DNA of 64,000 nucleotides from NCBI RefSeq assembly GCF_006345805.1, contig NC_043016.1, forward strand, positions 19,964,001 to 20,028,000. The letters are read 5' to 3'. The translations under genes and the position numbers were made by a program. Source of the DNA: Octopus sinensis. Lineage: Eukaryota. The notes below the pieces were generated by a model that saw only the letters and a list, made by a program, of their open reading frames with translations, searched no databases and had not been told where the DNA came from. Shown one piece after another: positions 45,627 to 60,597 of this stretch; position 1 is the first letter of the stretch, and each line of letters starts with the position of its first letter.

Positions 45627-48600
45627 GTAAGTGCATATGTAGCTTTACGAAAATTTTCGATAAGCTTTATTCTTCGTTTTCCTTTTGTTTACAAACTTGT
45701 ATTTCTGTCAATCACTCGTGTTGGTTTTAGTTCTGCACTTGTCAACGGTTTGCTTATCATATATATATATATATAATTGTTATTGTGGTTTATTCCTTGG
45801 GGTGTCGATAAATTTATTGATTGTGTAAATTGTGACGATGAAAGTAAAATATATTGATCAAAGAAATCGGCGTCTTTCGGTTCCCGGCCTGAACAATTTC
45901 AACATCCACCACATCATGCCACTTATTGTCACTTAAAATATCTTAGAAATAATTACTCTTCATGGAAAATGCTTGCGGAACGAGGCCTTCGACAGTGTGG
46001 CAGCAGTCACCAAACTATTTTGTACGGTTTCTATCCACGTCAATAAAACATTACGATTTCTTAATTTATCTTTGGATCTTTTTCTAAGATTTGTCTTCGC
46101 AAAACTGGCTCTACCAAATCCCCAGGTGTTTTTAATAGGTACTTGCTAACCTTTACTTAACTCTTGGTCGTCTGAGAATTTTCCAGTATGAATTATTTCC
46201 TTACTCGACCCACTTCCTCAGTCGGCGAGAGAGACGTATGGGAAAACAAACCCGAATCCTCATATGAAAGGAAAAAAACGCGCGCGAGCACACAGATTAC
46301 CAAGAATGTGTGCTTGGGAATAAAAAATGTATATATATATATATTTCATAGAATAAAATCCCAAATGAAAGAAAACCGATGATGATCAGTATTACCATAA
46401 ATCTTCGAGTATAGTCCGCCCTTGAGTACTTACTTGTACTTGTGGCGACATTCACTCTGGACGGGTTGAGTCGGCTTCTTCTACCACCCTCGAGGCATCT
46501 CGAACCATGGCAGCCCATGCATGACGGTCCCGCGCCAGTCACGGTTCCATCGGCGCAGGCCGACCACTTGCAGTCCCGTGAGCACGGAGAGGTCCTCCTT
46601 GATCGTCATAACCCAGGTCTTCAGCTGCTCGCCCGCGCGTATCGGCCAGTTGGGAAGTGGAGTTGGGAGAAGGACATCACAGCTCAGTTCACCCACCGGA
46701 CGCCTACATGCATGGCCAAACCACCGCAAGCGCCATTGCAGAAGGACAGATGGAAGGGGCCGCAAAGGCAGAGATTGGCGGTGGGAACTCAATCCACCTG
46801 ACAGCAGCAAAGAATGCACCGGAGGCAGTCATTGTCGAAGACTTCCAACCTTCATTGATCTGTCCTTGAATACAATACGCAGGGGATTTTTAGGGGGCTG
46901 TACCTCTGAAAAACCTAAACCTTGTGTATAATACACACCCTTCTCTAACTTGAGTCATGCATAATTAAGCCTGCAGCACCTAGTCGAACAAACACTTCCG
47001 CGCATGCGTAATACAATAATGGTGATGTTCTTAACTGTTATATGGGAATGTAATATGTTTGCAAATTGTTTTTGTTACATGATATTCTGTGTTCTGAATA
47101 CTTTTATTTTAATAAATGTTGCTTACTACAAGTTATGGATGATTCTTTTATGACTTCATTGCTTTCAGGTTTAGCTTAAGGTATTTTCGCACCCAACCTC
47201 ACAAAATGCGTCTGAATAAACATTGCCGGACAGCAAATAGAGACTCGGACATTGCTTAGAAAATATTTTTCATTTTTAACCTCATACATAGTATGCACTA
47301 GGGATTTTGACCTTTAAATTTTGGGAAAAAAATGCAGATTATACTCGAGGATTTACGGTAATTACTTGTCTACAGCCTAAACTGTAACGTAACTTTTCTT
47401 CCCTCCCTCTCAAGTAAAAGGGCAAAACCAGTAACATTTCATTCTGAATTCCTGGTATCAAGAGGCAATATCGATCAGTCATCTGTATACTCTTGTTTTG
47501 TTAGTTGGGAGGATAAGAAAATGCATTTTCCTCTCACGTTTCTCTGCGAGTCTTTCTCAACTGGTGAAACTGAAACAATTCAAGTTCTATTCAAATTTTT
47601 CCATTGGTTGGTATCTACATGGAAAATGTGGACAAGAAGAATTGGGGATAAGTGTTTTTAAGATAAAATTTTGATGTGACAAATCGTACGGAAGATGACA
47701 GAAATGGAGAGGCAGCTTACTCGTTCAAAGAAGCCAAAGCTGTTATAGTAATGGTAGGAGATACACTTTATCTCTAAGCTAGTAATTGTTGCATATTGGT
47801 GAGTGAATGTTAGCTAATCAATAGTGAGAGATTTTTCTTTAGGCAGTGTGGTCGTCATGATCATCACGCTGGCATGGATTGGAATCATTCAACTCAATGC
47901 TAGCATGGGTTGGATGATTTGACATGAACCAACAAGTCAGAGAGCTGCTCTGAGCTCCAGTATCTGTAGTTGGATGCCCTTCCTAATGCCAGAATATTTT
48001 TTTCCATGGCACCAGCATTGGATCCCTCAAATGAATAGAGTATATAGTATTGAGGAATATGAAAATATGGAAGGACAAGAGCAAGTGCTTTGCTGAAGAT
48101 ATGAATACATAGTTTCCCCATCTGGAAAGAGAGAGAAATGTGAAGTCAAGGTACAAACTGAAAGTGAGGGAAAGAGCAGGAATAGAAGAATGGAAAAGGT
48201 GGGTGGGTAGGTAAGTGTGACAGATGATAATAATGGTGGTTTAGATACAAGGTAATTTTGGCTGATGATTATTTTATCAATTCCGGAAAGAATGAAAAGC
48301 AAAGCCGATCCTTGTGAATTTTGAAATTAGAACATAAAGTTGAAAAACTCTAGAAAACAAAACATACAAATGAAAACAATTATGAGACTTTTACAACTTG
48401 GATCACTGTACATAGATTAACTGATATTGACCAATGTGGTCAATAATTGAATTCAATGTAAAGTTTTGTAATTGACATTGTAGATACCGTCGTTGTCGTC
48501 GTCAGCAGCAGCAGCATTTAACATCTCCTTTTCCATGGCTTGGACATTTTCACAAAAACATGAGCCAAATGTCTGCACTAGATTCTATGTTTGCTTTGGC

Positions 48601-51600
48601 ATCATCATCATCATCGTCATCATCATTTAATGTCCATCTTCCCTGCATGTATGAGTAGGAAGGTTCACAGGAGCCGGCCAGGTAGAAAAACTACCCTATG
48701 CTACTCTGTCTGTCTTGGCAAGGTTTTTAAAACTGGATGCCCTTCCTAACACCAATCACTCTGCAGAGTAGACTCAGTGCTTATTACATGGCACTAGTAC
48801 AGGTGAGGTCAGTTTTGGCATGGTTTTTACAGCTGGATACCCTTCTAAATTCCAACCACTTTACAGAGTGGACTGGATGCGTTTTACATGGCACCAGCAC
48901 TGGCAGGGTCATCAAGTAACTCACAAGACAGTGAATTATGAGAGGTGCAGGGGCATTTGAGGAGAGGGAACTAATGTCAGAGGATGAAAAGGTTAGAGGG
49001 TGACAGAGAGGCAGAAACAGAGACGTAATTTCAACAAATGAATGCTTGCTCTGACAGTATTTCAAACTGTCTTTACATTAAAAAGAAAAAGGAAAAAAAA
49101 GCAGGTATGAACTGTTTATTTGTTCTGATATTTCAGTAACAACAGTTAATTTCAAAATATGTATGCAAGGGTTTATTTGAAACTAGATTGTGAATATTGT
49201 TTTCAGTATCCTAAATTTTATGTTAGAATGGGTTAGAAAGATCTGCCATTCAGATATGTTGTCACCCATCTCAACCCATATAGTATTATCTCATCCATGC
49301 TGCCTAACATCACAAGATCTAAGTGTACTTTACTTCTTCTTTTCACATCTTTCTCAGTCTTCATCCATAGAAAGCCTTTCACCTAGCACTCATTTTTATT
49401 GTAGACGATGACTGGCATCTGTGCTAGTGGAGCGCAAAGAGCACCATCAGAGCGTGATTGTTGCCAAAGCTGCTAACCGGCTTCTGTACTGGTGGCACGT
49501 AAAAGGTACCATTTGAGCGTGGTCATTACCAACGTCACCTTACTGGCACTTGTGCTAGTGGCACGTGAAAAAAACATTCGAGTGAGGTTGTTGCCAGTGC
49601 TGCTGGACTGGCTCCTGTGCAGGTAGCACTTGAAAAACACCATTTGAGCATGGCTGTTGCCAGTACTGCCTAACTGGCCCTCATGCTGGTGGCACATAAA
49701 AGCTCCCACTACACTCTCGGGGTGTTTGGCGTTAGGAAGGGCATCCAGCTGTAGAAACTCTGCCAGATCAAGATTGGAGCCTGTTGCAGCCATCTGGTTC
49801 GCCAGCCCTCAGTCAAATCGTCCAACCCATGCTAGCATGGAAAGCGGACATTAAACGATGATGATGATGATGATGACGATTAGGATGAGGATGGGAGAAT
49901 CAAGTTGCCTTTCATATGGAAATGAGAATCCTTTGTTACTAATATAGTTAGCAGTTACCTACAGCCCCATCTATTTGTAACCATTGCCAAATAGCTACAT
50001 TGTTGGAGCTGATCCAGAGCAACAGGTGGCAAGCAAGGTGGTGGTGATGGTGGTAGCAACAGCAGCAGCAGCGGTGGTGGTGGTGATGGGGTGTTAGTGG
50101 TGGTGGTTAAGTAGTCACTAACAACAATGGCAGTGGTAACAATACAAAGCAGATTGGAGAAGAATGGAGAAAGAGGATGCAATTATCAACTTAGCATCAA
50201 CTTAATCTGATGTTCATAAGTACTAAATAAGTAAAATGTAATACAACATTAGTACAATGTAATTATGATTGTGTTATTATAATCGCAGCACAGCCTTCCA
50301 GCGTGCCAGCCCAGTCAAACTGTCCAACCCATGCCAGCATGGACAAAGGACATTAAATGATGATGATGACGATCCAAGACACCTGTACCTATCTCTCTAT
50401 CATACATTAACCCCCACCCCATCACTTGCTATGAAGCCAGTTCCTTCAATGCTACTCCTTCTTGGCTGAGAGAACTTGTTTTGCAAACTATTTGGTACTG
50501 GTACCATGCAAAAGGCATGCAGTACACTCTGTGAAGCGGTTAGCATTAGGAACGATATCCAACCAAAAAAAAGCTATACCAAAGCAGACATTGGAAGTTA
50601 GCACAAATCCCTAGCTTGCCAGTTCTTCTCGATCTGTCCAACCCATGTCAACATGGAAAATAGGATGTTAAGTGATAAGGTAATGATATTTACTTTAATA
50701 GTTTAAAAAATAAATCTGAAAGTATTATTCATTTTATAAAATTAACCGTTTCGTTACTGTATTTATTTTGAGACGTTCTGTGTTTCTTTCAATTATTTTA
50801 GATATAACAAAGAATTTAGTAAAATAACTTAGTCATCATTAAGCTAGTGTTAAGAACATAAATTGTAACTAAGGCTTGGTGGAAGATTTTAATTCAAAAC
50901 ATTTGTACTCAGATCCAGAGCCGGTTTCAGCCGGGTTGGTAATGAAAGGGTTAATGGTAGAATGTAATGAGAAAGGAAAAAAAAAACTGTTGAATAGGTT
51001 TTATATATATATATATTAAAAAAAGAAAATTCAATTAAAAAAAATTTCTTACTGATAAACTGTTGTTTATATTTGTGTTTTTTGTTTTGTCCTTTTCATA
51101 GTAAAATGCTGAAGGGTGACGATGACCATCTCACTCCAGCTACACGTCTCCTGGAGAAACGAAGAGAACTTGCAGAAATTGAACAAGTTCTTTCTGTTCA
51201 AAAAGAGGTAATGTGTATATATGTATATATATATTGAACTAAGTATATTTTCAAAGTCACTTCATGAAGTAAATGCATGGAGCATCTCTTAATATATCCA
51301 CATGTTAATATGTATCTTTTATCTTTTATTTGTCTCAATCATTGAACTGCAGCCATGCTAAGTAACTGCCTTGAAAGGTTTTAGTTGAAGAAATCAACAC
51401 AGGTCATTAGGCAGTGGTGTGGGACAAACATAAACACAAAGGCATACACACATAGACACTACATATATACAGATGTCTTTTCTCAGTTTCTGTCGACCAA
51501 ATCTACTCACAAAGTTTGATGGGCCCAGTGCCAGAGTAGCAGACAATTGTCAAAGTGCCAAGCAGTGGGACTGAACCCAGAACCCAGAACTATATTTATA

Positions 51601-54600
51601 TGTAAATTCCTGGCTTTAAGGTTATTGTGAAAGGCCTGGTTGGAGGTCCAACCTTCCAAGTTCTTTACAGAGTTTAGAAAAACTGAAGAACCACTGCAAT
51701 AAGTGTGTGAATTTGTGAGGGGAATATGTTCAATAAAATCATAGTTAACTGATCGTCCTGTATTTTCTTTTACCCAAAGTCAGGAACTTTTCAGCACCCT
51801 ATCAAATAGTCTTTGGCTAGTTGAGGTTTTTGCATGGGTTTAGTAGTGAGTGGATGATTTGAAGAATGTTCCATAATGAAAACCAAAGCACAATTAAAAT
51901 ATAGAGAGAATATGAAAACTGAGGATGAAATTTTAAAATAACATATAAATATATTACATAAGAACTAGACAATGAAACTAATCTCTCAAACACCCAAGAA
52001 TATATGTGGAGAACACCTCAAACTCAGACTGGAAACTTATATGTTATACATTCAAATGAATACACAAAATATAGACAAAAAGCTAAAACCAAAATTAAGA
52101 AGAATCATGAATGGAATAATGTATGTGTAGACGAGATCGAGATGTGGGCAAATTAGGAAATAAGTACTAATAGAGAACTTGGAAGAAAGCTGCAAACAGG
52201 AAACAGAAGTACCAGCTTCAGAACAAAAGAATATAATTCTGTGAACTCTTTTTTTAGGGAAGGCTTACTTCAATTAGATATCAGACCCAATGATTCAAAC
52301 AAACCCATGGAAAATATTGATTTCAAATTTTGGCACAAGGCCTATGATTTCATGAGATGGGGTAAGTTGATTACATCGAGCCCATTACTCAACTGGTACT
52401 TGTTTTATTGACCCTGAAAGGATGAAAGACAAAGTCAACCTCAGTAGAATTTGAACTCAGGATCTGAAGATAGACAAACTACCGCTTAGCATTTTACCCA
52501 GTGTGCTAACAATTCTTCCAAGTTTGCTCCCTTAACTCATGGAAAATATTGACCCCAGAATATAAAAATTTCTTTAAAAGGAATTTGTCAAAAATTAAAA
52601 GGGACTTCCATTCACTCCTACACCATAAAGCAGACATTGGAAACTTTAGCTAAGAGAAGTTTTCACCAACAACAACAAAAACAATGATTCCTTTGAACAT
52701 TTGGTTACTTATATTACGATATTGAAATTCTCTATTTGTATCTGGATTTGGTAGATGGAAACTGAAAGAAGCCTGTCGTGTATGTGGCACATAAAAAGCA
52801 CCGTCCAAACGTGGTCGATGCCAGCACCGCCTTGACTGGTTTCTGTGCCGGTGGCACGTAAAAAACACCAACCGATCGTGGTCATTGCTAGCCTCACCTA
52901 GCACGTAAAAAGCACCCACTACACTCACGGAGTGGTTGGTGTTAAGAAGGGCATCCAGCTGTAGAAACTCTGCCAGATCAGACTGGAGCCTGGTGTAGCC
53001 TTCTGGCTTCCCAGACCCTGGTCGAACTGTCCAACCCATGCCAGCATGGAAAACGGACGTTAAACGTTGATGATGATGATGATGATGAATTGTAAACAGA
53101 AACTTTGGAAAGGAGACAAAGAAACTCTATTAACATTGGAAAATGATATTCATTTGTTGCAAAAGAAGCTGATAAGGGCAATGTAATTATCAATAAATGG
53201 ATATTAACTACTACAAGGAAGAGACAAGAAACTTAGATAAAACAACTACAAACAAAGTCAACTCATTAACCAACATATTCTCAAGCTGCTTAATGGGAAA
53301 AGAGATTGACTTTCTTTGTAATTTCAAAAGTAAAGAAAACAATATTTACAAATTGAAACAACAGGAGGCTTTAAACAAACAAAAGAACCAATGCATTGAA
53401 AAAACAGATCAGCTGATCTCAAAGTAAGACCGCAATAACCAACACTACAAAGTAAGTCACTTGATAAATTCACTACTTAAACCACTATGGTCAAAGATCC
53501 CAAACAACATACACTTTAATCAAAGTGCACCATTTTAACAAGATTCAATACCTATTTCTTTACTACCCACAAGGGGCTAAACACAGAGAGGACAAACAAG
53601 GACAGACAAACAGATTAAGTCGATTATATCGACCCCAGTGCGTAACTGGTACTTAATTTATCGACCCCGAAAGGATGAAAGGCAAAGTTGACCTCGGCGA
53701 AATTTGAACTCAGAACGTAGCGGCAGACGAAATACCGCTAGGCATTTCGTCCAGTGTGCTAACGATTCTGCCAGCTCTCCGCCTTTGAACAAGATTCAAT
53801 ACCATTCATCTCTATGCCAAAGTACCACATGTTAGGCATAATTGCAGTGGAATACTTGGTAGAAAGATGTTATATTGCTCTTGGCATCCATACTAGCGGG
53901 GTGCAAAGAGCACCATACTAGTGTGATCATTGACAGAGCGGATAACCAGCTTCCGTGCCAGTGGCACATAATAGGCACCATTCGAGTATGATTGTTACCA
54001 GCATTGCCTTACTGGCACTTGTGCCCGTGCTAGTTGGGTGCCAAGAGCACCACCTGAGCATGATCGTTACCAGAGTAGCTAACTGGTTTCCATGTCGGTG
54101 GCACGTAAAAGGCACCATTCGAGCATGATCATTACCAGCATCACCTTACTGGCCCCTGTGCTGGTGGCATGTAAAAAGCACCCACTACACTCTCAGAGTG
54201 GTTGGCGTTAGGAAGGGCATCCAGCTGTAGAAACTCTGCCAGATCAAGATTGGAGCCTGGTGCAGCCATCTGGTTCGCCAGCCCTCAGTCAAAATCGTCC
54301 AATCCATGCTAGCATGGAAAGCGACGTTAAACGATGATGATGATGATGATAATGATGAATTAAACTCTATGTTCTGACTAAGTATCGAACTAAGTTTAGT
54401 GATTCTGTTTTATTTTGTGCATTCACCTCATGTCCTTTTAAAGTGAACTTTTGACTGCCTTCTAATTTGTATACTGGTTTGTTTCATAAGTGGCATGATA
54501 CTTTTTGCACAAGGATCTTTAGGTTCTGCTTTTTTTTAATCAGTGTGCATTTTTTAGTATATATTGCATTGTATTTGCTCATGTGTTAACTCCATTATTT

Positions 54601-57566
54601 GTTTGCATTTGAGTAATGTAATCCAAGTTAATAATTCCGTATTAAAACATAACAAAAAGTGTAGAAATACAATTAATGAATGCTTCAAAAATCTTCGTCA
54701 TCAAAGCTCTACAATTAGCATTAGAGGAAAACGCCTTTAACTTTGGTGGCAAAAAATAAAAACAAATTAAAGGAACAGACATGGAGATAAGAGCAGTACC
54801 TCCTTATGCAGGCCTAGTAATGGGATACCCAGAAGAGAACTATACCAAGAAACAAAACCAAAATTCGACCATGATTTTAAATATTTGGTTGAGAAGTGGA
54901 AACAATTGTTTGGTGATTTTTTGGAATAAGTCAAAAGGTGATTTTCCTACATTCTATCACATATTAAGTAACATAATCCCATCCTTTAGACTTACATTAG
55001 AAACCGGTGGAAAAGAACTACGAATCTTAGATACCTTCCTAGAATTATATGATACCTAAATTACAATGGACATATTCTACAAAAAGATAGAGACACACCA
55101 ATATTTAAATTTCTACTCAAGTCACCTGTTACTCATCAAATGAAATATTCCATACTACATCACAAGATGAATATGCACAATAGTGATCAATCCAGAACTA
55201 CAACAAATATGCCCAGATTAACTAAGAGACATTCTGAAACAACAAAAATATACCTTAACTCTTTCGTATTCAGATTTCTTTGTCAAATGTAATGTTTATT
55301 TGTTCACATTGCTTTGAATTAATCAAACATTATCTTGTAGCTTTAAGATTTCAATAGTGTGTTTGTCTTGGTCCTCTGTCATCTCCTTTGCAAGGCTCAG
55401 AATTTTGCGATCAGCCTTCAGCACTTCATCCCATGTACTCCTGAATGATAATATAATGAATCTAAGATACAGAACACACTTACATACTGGTAGTATAGAG
55501 GTGAATCTACATAAATATGTTGCTGTCAAAGAAGACAAGCAATTACTAGTAGTTTCAAATCCAGATAAATGAACCTGAATAATATGGGAACAAAAAGGGC
55601 TAAACTTTATTGTTACATCATATACATAGTGGATCAGGTTTACAGTTTTATATGTTCATTTCTATATAAAACCTCATTCCAGTCCTGCTTCCTAGCAGAT
55701 TAGGTTTACAGTTCTACATGTAAATATCTATATAAAATCTTCTAGTGGAGGCACATGGCCTAGTGGTTAGAGCAGCTGACTCGCGGTCGAGGGATCATTG
55801 GTTCGAATCTAAGACCGAGTGATGTTTGTGTTTATGAGCGAAACACCTAAGCTCCATGCAGCTCCGGCTGAAGGTAATGGCAAACTTCTGCTGACTCTTT
55901 TGCCACAACTTTCTCTCACTCTTTCCACCTGCATATAGCACCTGTGATGGACTGGTGTCCCATCCAGGTGGAGAACCTATATGCCAAGGAAACTGGGAAG
56001 CCCCAGCCCTATGAGCCAAGCATGGCTCGAGAAGGAACAAACATATAAAATCTTCTGGTTTCATCCCAACCTCCTTACTATGTCATTAACTGCAGTTTGC
56101 ACCTCATTGCTATGTCAATACTGAAATCAGATAGTCTACAAATCAAATTTCTTGTTAATCACACAGACAGTTTAAGATATAATAACAGTTAATGTAATTT
56201 ATAACTTTCAGGAGTTTCAGACCAAAATGGAACGTCTTCAACAGAGACGTGGGGAGCTGGAAAGAAAAGAACTTCAGCTGAAAGAATCACTCGAGAAGTT
56301 TGATAAATTTTTGAAGGTAATGCACCATGTTTTCTGTAAGCATTCAGTAACAACAAGTTGAGTTTTTGAGTAGGTGTAATTCCACCATCACCACCACCAA
56401 CAACAACATCAAAACCACCAACACCACCACCAACACCACCAACACCAACACAACCAACACCAACACCACCAACACCAGCGGAGGCACAATAGCCCTATGG
56501 TTAGGGCACCGAACTCGAGGTTGGAGGATCACGGTTTTGATTCCCAAACCAGGCGTTGTGTGTATTTATTGATCGAAAGCACCTAAAGCTCTACGAGGCT
56601 CCGGTAGGTGGGGGGCGACCCCTGTTGTACTCTTTTGCTCCAACTTTCTCTCACTCTTTCTTCCTGTTTCTTGTCCCTGACTTCCTATGCAACCGCTGAG
56701 CCTGGATGTGCATTCATCCATCCGTCGATGCTCTCGGTGTCAGGGATTTACCTGCTTTCTCTTCAGCGGGTCTTACGAATAGCAAAGGGCCACATTTCGG
56801 ACTTCTCCCATCTTGCGAGCTCTGGGACGAAGACCGTTCGCTCAACAACAACAACAATACAACCACCAACACCAACACCAACACCACCATCACCAACACC
56901 AGCACCACCACTCAACCATTACAATGAATGCCATCACCATGCATGTAATGAAATTTTATTCACAAAAAGTATATAGAAAATTTTTAGTAATTCCTCCAAC
57001 ACCAGTACCCCCCCCCCCACCACCACCACCACCACTAATTACAACAAACTGCTAGAAATAATAGCCAAATCTTTCTCAAATTATACTCTGCTATCTTATA
57101 TATATAGTTTACAATTTATAGGAAAAATCCAGGGGAATAATTACAAGGTAGCTAAATGTTGCTTAAGTGTTCCAGAATTTAATTCTAGGATATTAAGTCA
57201 TATTTAGTAGAAAAAAAAGGAAATATTGAATAAGGAAACGAACACTTTGTATGAATATAATATATATGTATATTGTTTGTATTTGCACATCACATATTTG
57301 AGTGTGTGTATGCAAGTGTGCATGCATATGAATATAAATACATTACATTTTATAGGACTTCCTATTTCTGTTAACATGTCTGTTTGATGAGTTCGTTATT
57401 TATATCCTTCCTGATGAGATTGAGGCATTGCTGACAATAATTTATCCTGTTGGACATTTTTGGAGTGTGTCTGTTGAAACATATGTAGAAGACTTCGAGA
57501 TATAAATGGTATAATAACATCCCGAGTGTTTGTCTCCTTATTCAATTTTCCTATATATATATATAT

Positions 57567-57601
<35 letters not shown>

Positions 57602-58353
57602 TTAATGTCTGCTTTCCATGCTGGTGTGGGTTGGATGATTTGACTGAGGGCTGACGAGCCAGAAGGCTGCACCAGTCTCCAATCTGATCTGGCAAAGTTT
57701 CTACAGCTGGATGCCCTTCCTAAGTGAGAGTGTAGTGGGTGCTTTTACGTGCCACTGGCTCAAGGGCCAGTCAGGCAGTACTGGCATTCAACCACACTCA
57801 AATGGTGCTTTTTACGTGCCACCTGCACAAGAACCAGTCTGGCAGCACTGGCAATGACCACATTCAAATGGTGCTTCTTTTTACGTGCCACCGGCATGCA
57901 AGCCAGTCAGCATCTCTGGCAACAATCACACTTGAATGGTGCTTTTAATATTCCACTGGCATGGGTGCCAATCAGACGGTACTGTCATTGGCCACAACAG
58001 TGATTTCAGTTGCCTCAACAGGGCTTCGCAAGCATAGTTTATTGTCCAATGATTGAAGGGTACTCTTAAATGGGCTGGTTATACAGCACTGGCATAGGCC
58101 ACAAGGTTATGGTCTCACTTGGCTTGCCAGGTCTTCTCAAGCACAGTATATCTCCAAAGGTCTCAGTCACTTGTCATTTCCTTGGTGAGGCCCAATGTTC
58201 AAAGGTTGTGCTTCACCACCTCATTTTAGGTCTTCCTGGGTCTACCTCTTCCACGGGTTCCCTCAAATGCTAGGGTGTGATACTTTTTCACACAGCTGTC
58301 CTCATCTGTTCGCAACACAATACCATACCAGCACACTTGCCTTCCTTGCACAC

Positions 58354-58399
<46 letters not shown>

Positions 58400-60554
58400 A
58401 AGGTCATGGCTGAAATGCTTTTGATTTGTAAGTTTCCTGGATCAGGTATGACTTAGAGCAAAACAATATTGTGGAACACTCCATATGATTACCAGACCTG
58501 CTATAGATAACTGCCAAATGGCTTTCATATAACACTCTACATTTTGAAGGTACATGTTGGATAACTTTGTTCTCAGTTTGCAATACCCAGGAAAGGTCAG
58601 GATGATTAAAGTTAGAATGCTTTTTAACCATATTCCATCTTAGTGCTAAATTGGGGCTAAACAATAACAATAGCAACAACAATGTCCCACAAGCACTAAA
58701 TATCATCCAGTTGAGTACAAAATGGAGTCTCTATGAGGTTAATCAATTTGCTAGAAGTAGTAGTAAAACCTCCCTAAAATTACGGCCTTCCACCTTAAAT
58801 TAACCAGAAATTCATATTGTGGAATATCATGTAGTTCTACATATACACAATGGGTGGAAGAAGACAGAATGGCCATAACTGGAATATCTTTTATTAGAGA
58901 TCTGCTCAATCATGGCTCAATCAGGTTTCCACCAGTACCATCACCACTTTTCAACACTACTACCACCCCCGACAACTGATTTAAAATATTTTCTGTTTTA
59001 TTACTTTAATTGTTTATGTACTTTAATAAATTGTGACTGACTTGAATATTTTCATTTGGTTACCTGACTTTCTTTCCTAGCCAAACTATTCCTGTCACTT
59101 TTTTCCTATCACTTTATTACTTGCCACGATAAATCAATTGTGACTTTTTCCCTAGCAAAAATTCTTTTTTTTTTCCATGACTTTATTACCAGCCACAACA
59201 TAGATATATGGTTGCCTGAAAAAACAAATGGCCACAGGGAAAACAGTCATATTATTTTAAAATTCTGTAAACAAAGTAAAGAGACAAAAATATTTTAAAC
59301 CAGTTATTATTTGACAGTACAAACTTGTACACAATTTATATTTGTTGGTGTTATATATATGTAAAAAAACAACCTTTTATTCAAATTTTAAGTGAAATAT
59401 GAAAACGAAAAGAAATTTTAATCAGTTATTTATTGACAAATACGTGACAGGTACAGCTTGAAAACACCTTGCTTAGTATAGAGGCATTGCATGTATGTTC
59501 TGTGATTTTCTTTTTTCCTGTGGCTTTTTGTCTTGTATGAGAAATTTTTCATATAAGTCATCCTGAACTATTTATCATTATCATGTTAAATTCTGTGTGG
59601 ACAAAGGGGACCAGTAATAAAGTCGCAGTAAAAAAAGTCCCAATTTTGGGTAGGGAACAAAAAAAATCACAGGAAAAAGTCACGATTTATGGGATCCGGA
59701 TCCTCCACCCCACCCCACCCCACCCCAAGGCAAAAAACCCTCGAACCACCACCCTCCCCGACAAAACCCCTGTGACTTTTTTTCTGTGCATTTTTTACCT
59801 GTAACTTTTTTTTACTTGGATTCCGGACAAAAGCCCCTCCCTGCCCCCACAGGACAAGCGCCTTCAGACAAGAGCCCCATAGTTAAAGTGGGAAATTGGA
59901 CAAAAGCCCCATGGTTATATTTTTGGTATTTTTGTTTCTTTTTCATTTTCCACTTGTTTCAGTAATTAGGCTGGGGCCATGCCGGGGCACCGCCTTGAAG
60001 AATTTTTAGTTGAATATATCAACCCCAGAATTTTTATTAAGCCTGATCAAAACCACTTCTGTGATATATTTCATTTTTTTTTCTTTTTACTTGTTGCAAT
60101 GACTGCTGCCATGCTGGGGCGCTACTTTGAGTAATTTTTAGTCGAATGTATCGACCACAAAATCTTTTTTAGGTGATTTTTCAACTAGCATATGAAATTA
60201 AGAGTAAAAGGTCTCTCCACATGCTAGAAATAACAACCAAATCTTAATGTTAAAAAGTATATAATTTCACGTAAACAAAAAGGGAAATCGCGGGTGTAAA
60301 AAAAATGTTTATTTTCCAAACTTCCAATTTTTAAGTAAACAAAATATATTCAATCGAAAATAAATAAATAGAAAAGAATAACAGAACACTCTTCAATAAA
60401 TGTGTAGAAACATAAAACCTACATAACAGAAGCAATCAAGTATATACATACATAACAAACATACACATAAACACACACACACACACGTGTTTATGTGTAT
60501 GTTTGTTATGTATGTATATACTGTTATGTATGTATACACACTGTGTGTGTGTGT

Positions 60555-60597
<43 letters not shown>

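Larger units (their letters stand above)
53090..55260 (+). mobile_element. Penelope-like retroelement RT remnants (53090-53450 and about 54640-55260), split by later insertions
   Basis: KEADKGNVIIIMD…YY; LENAFNFG…IKGT.M..RAVPPYAGLVMGYPEE; ELRILDT; MDIFYKK.ETHQYLNFYSSH, matching Penelope RT motif order; many stops. Confidence 0.68.

Noticed and set aside
56344-57055. Poly-T/N/H/V low-complexity ORFs
   Set aside because: Produced by the (CAA/CAC)n microsatellite and a SINE.
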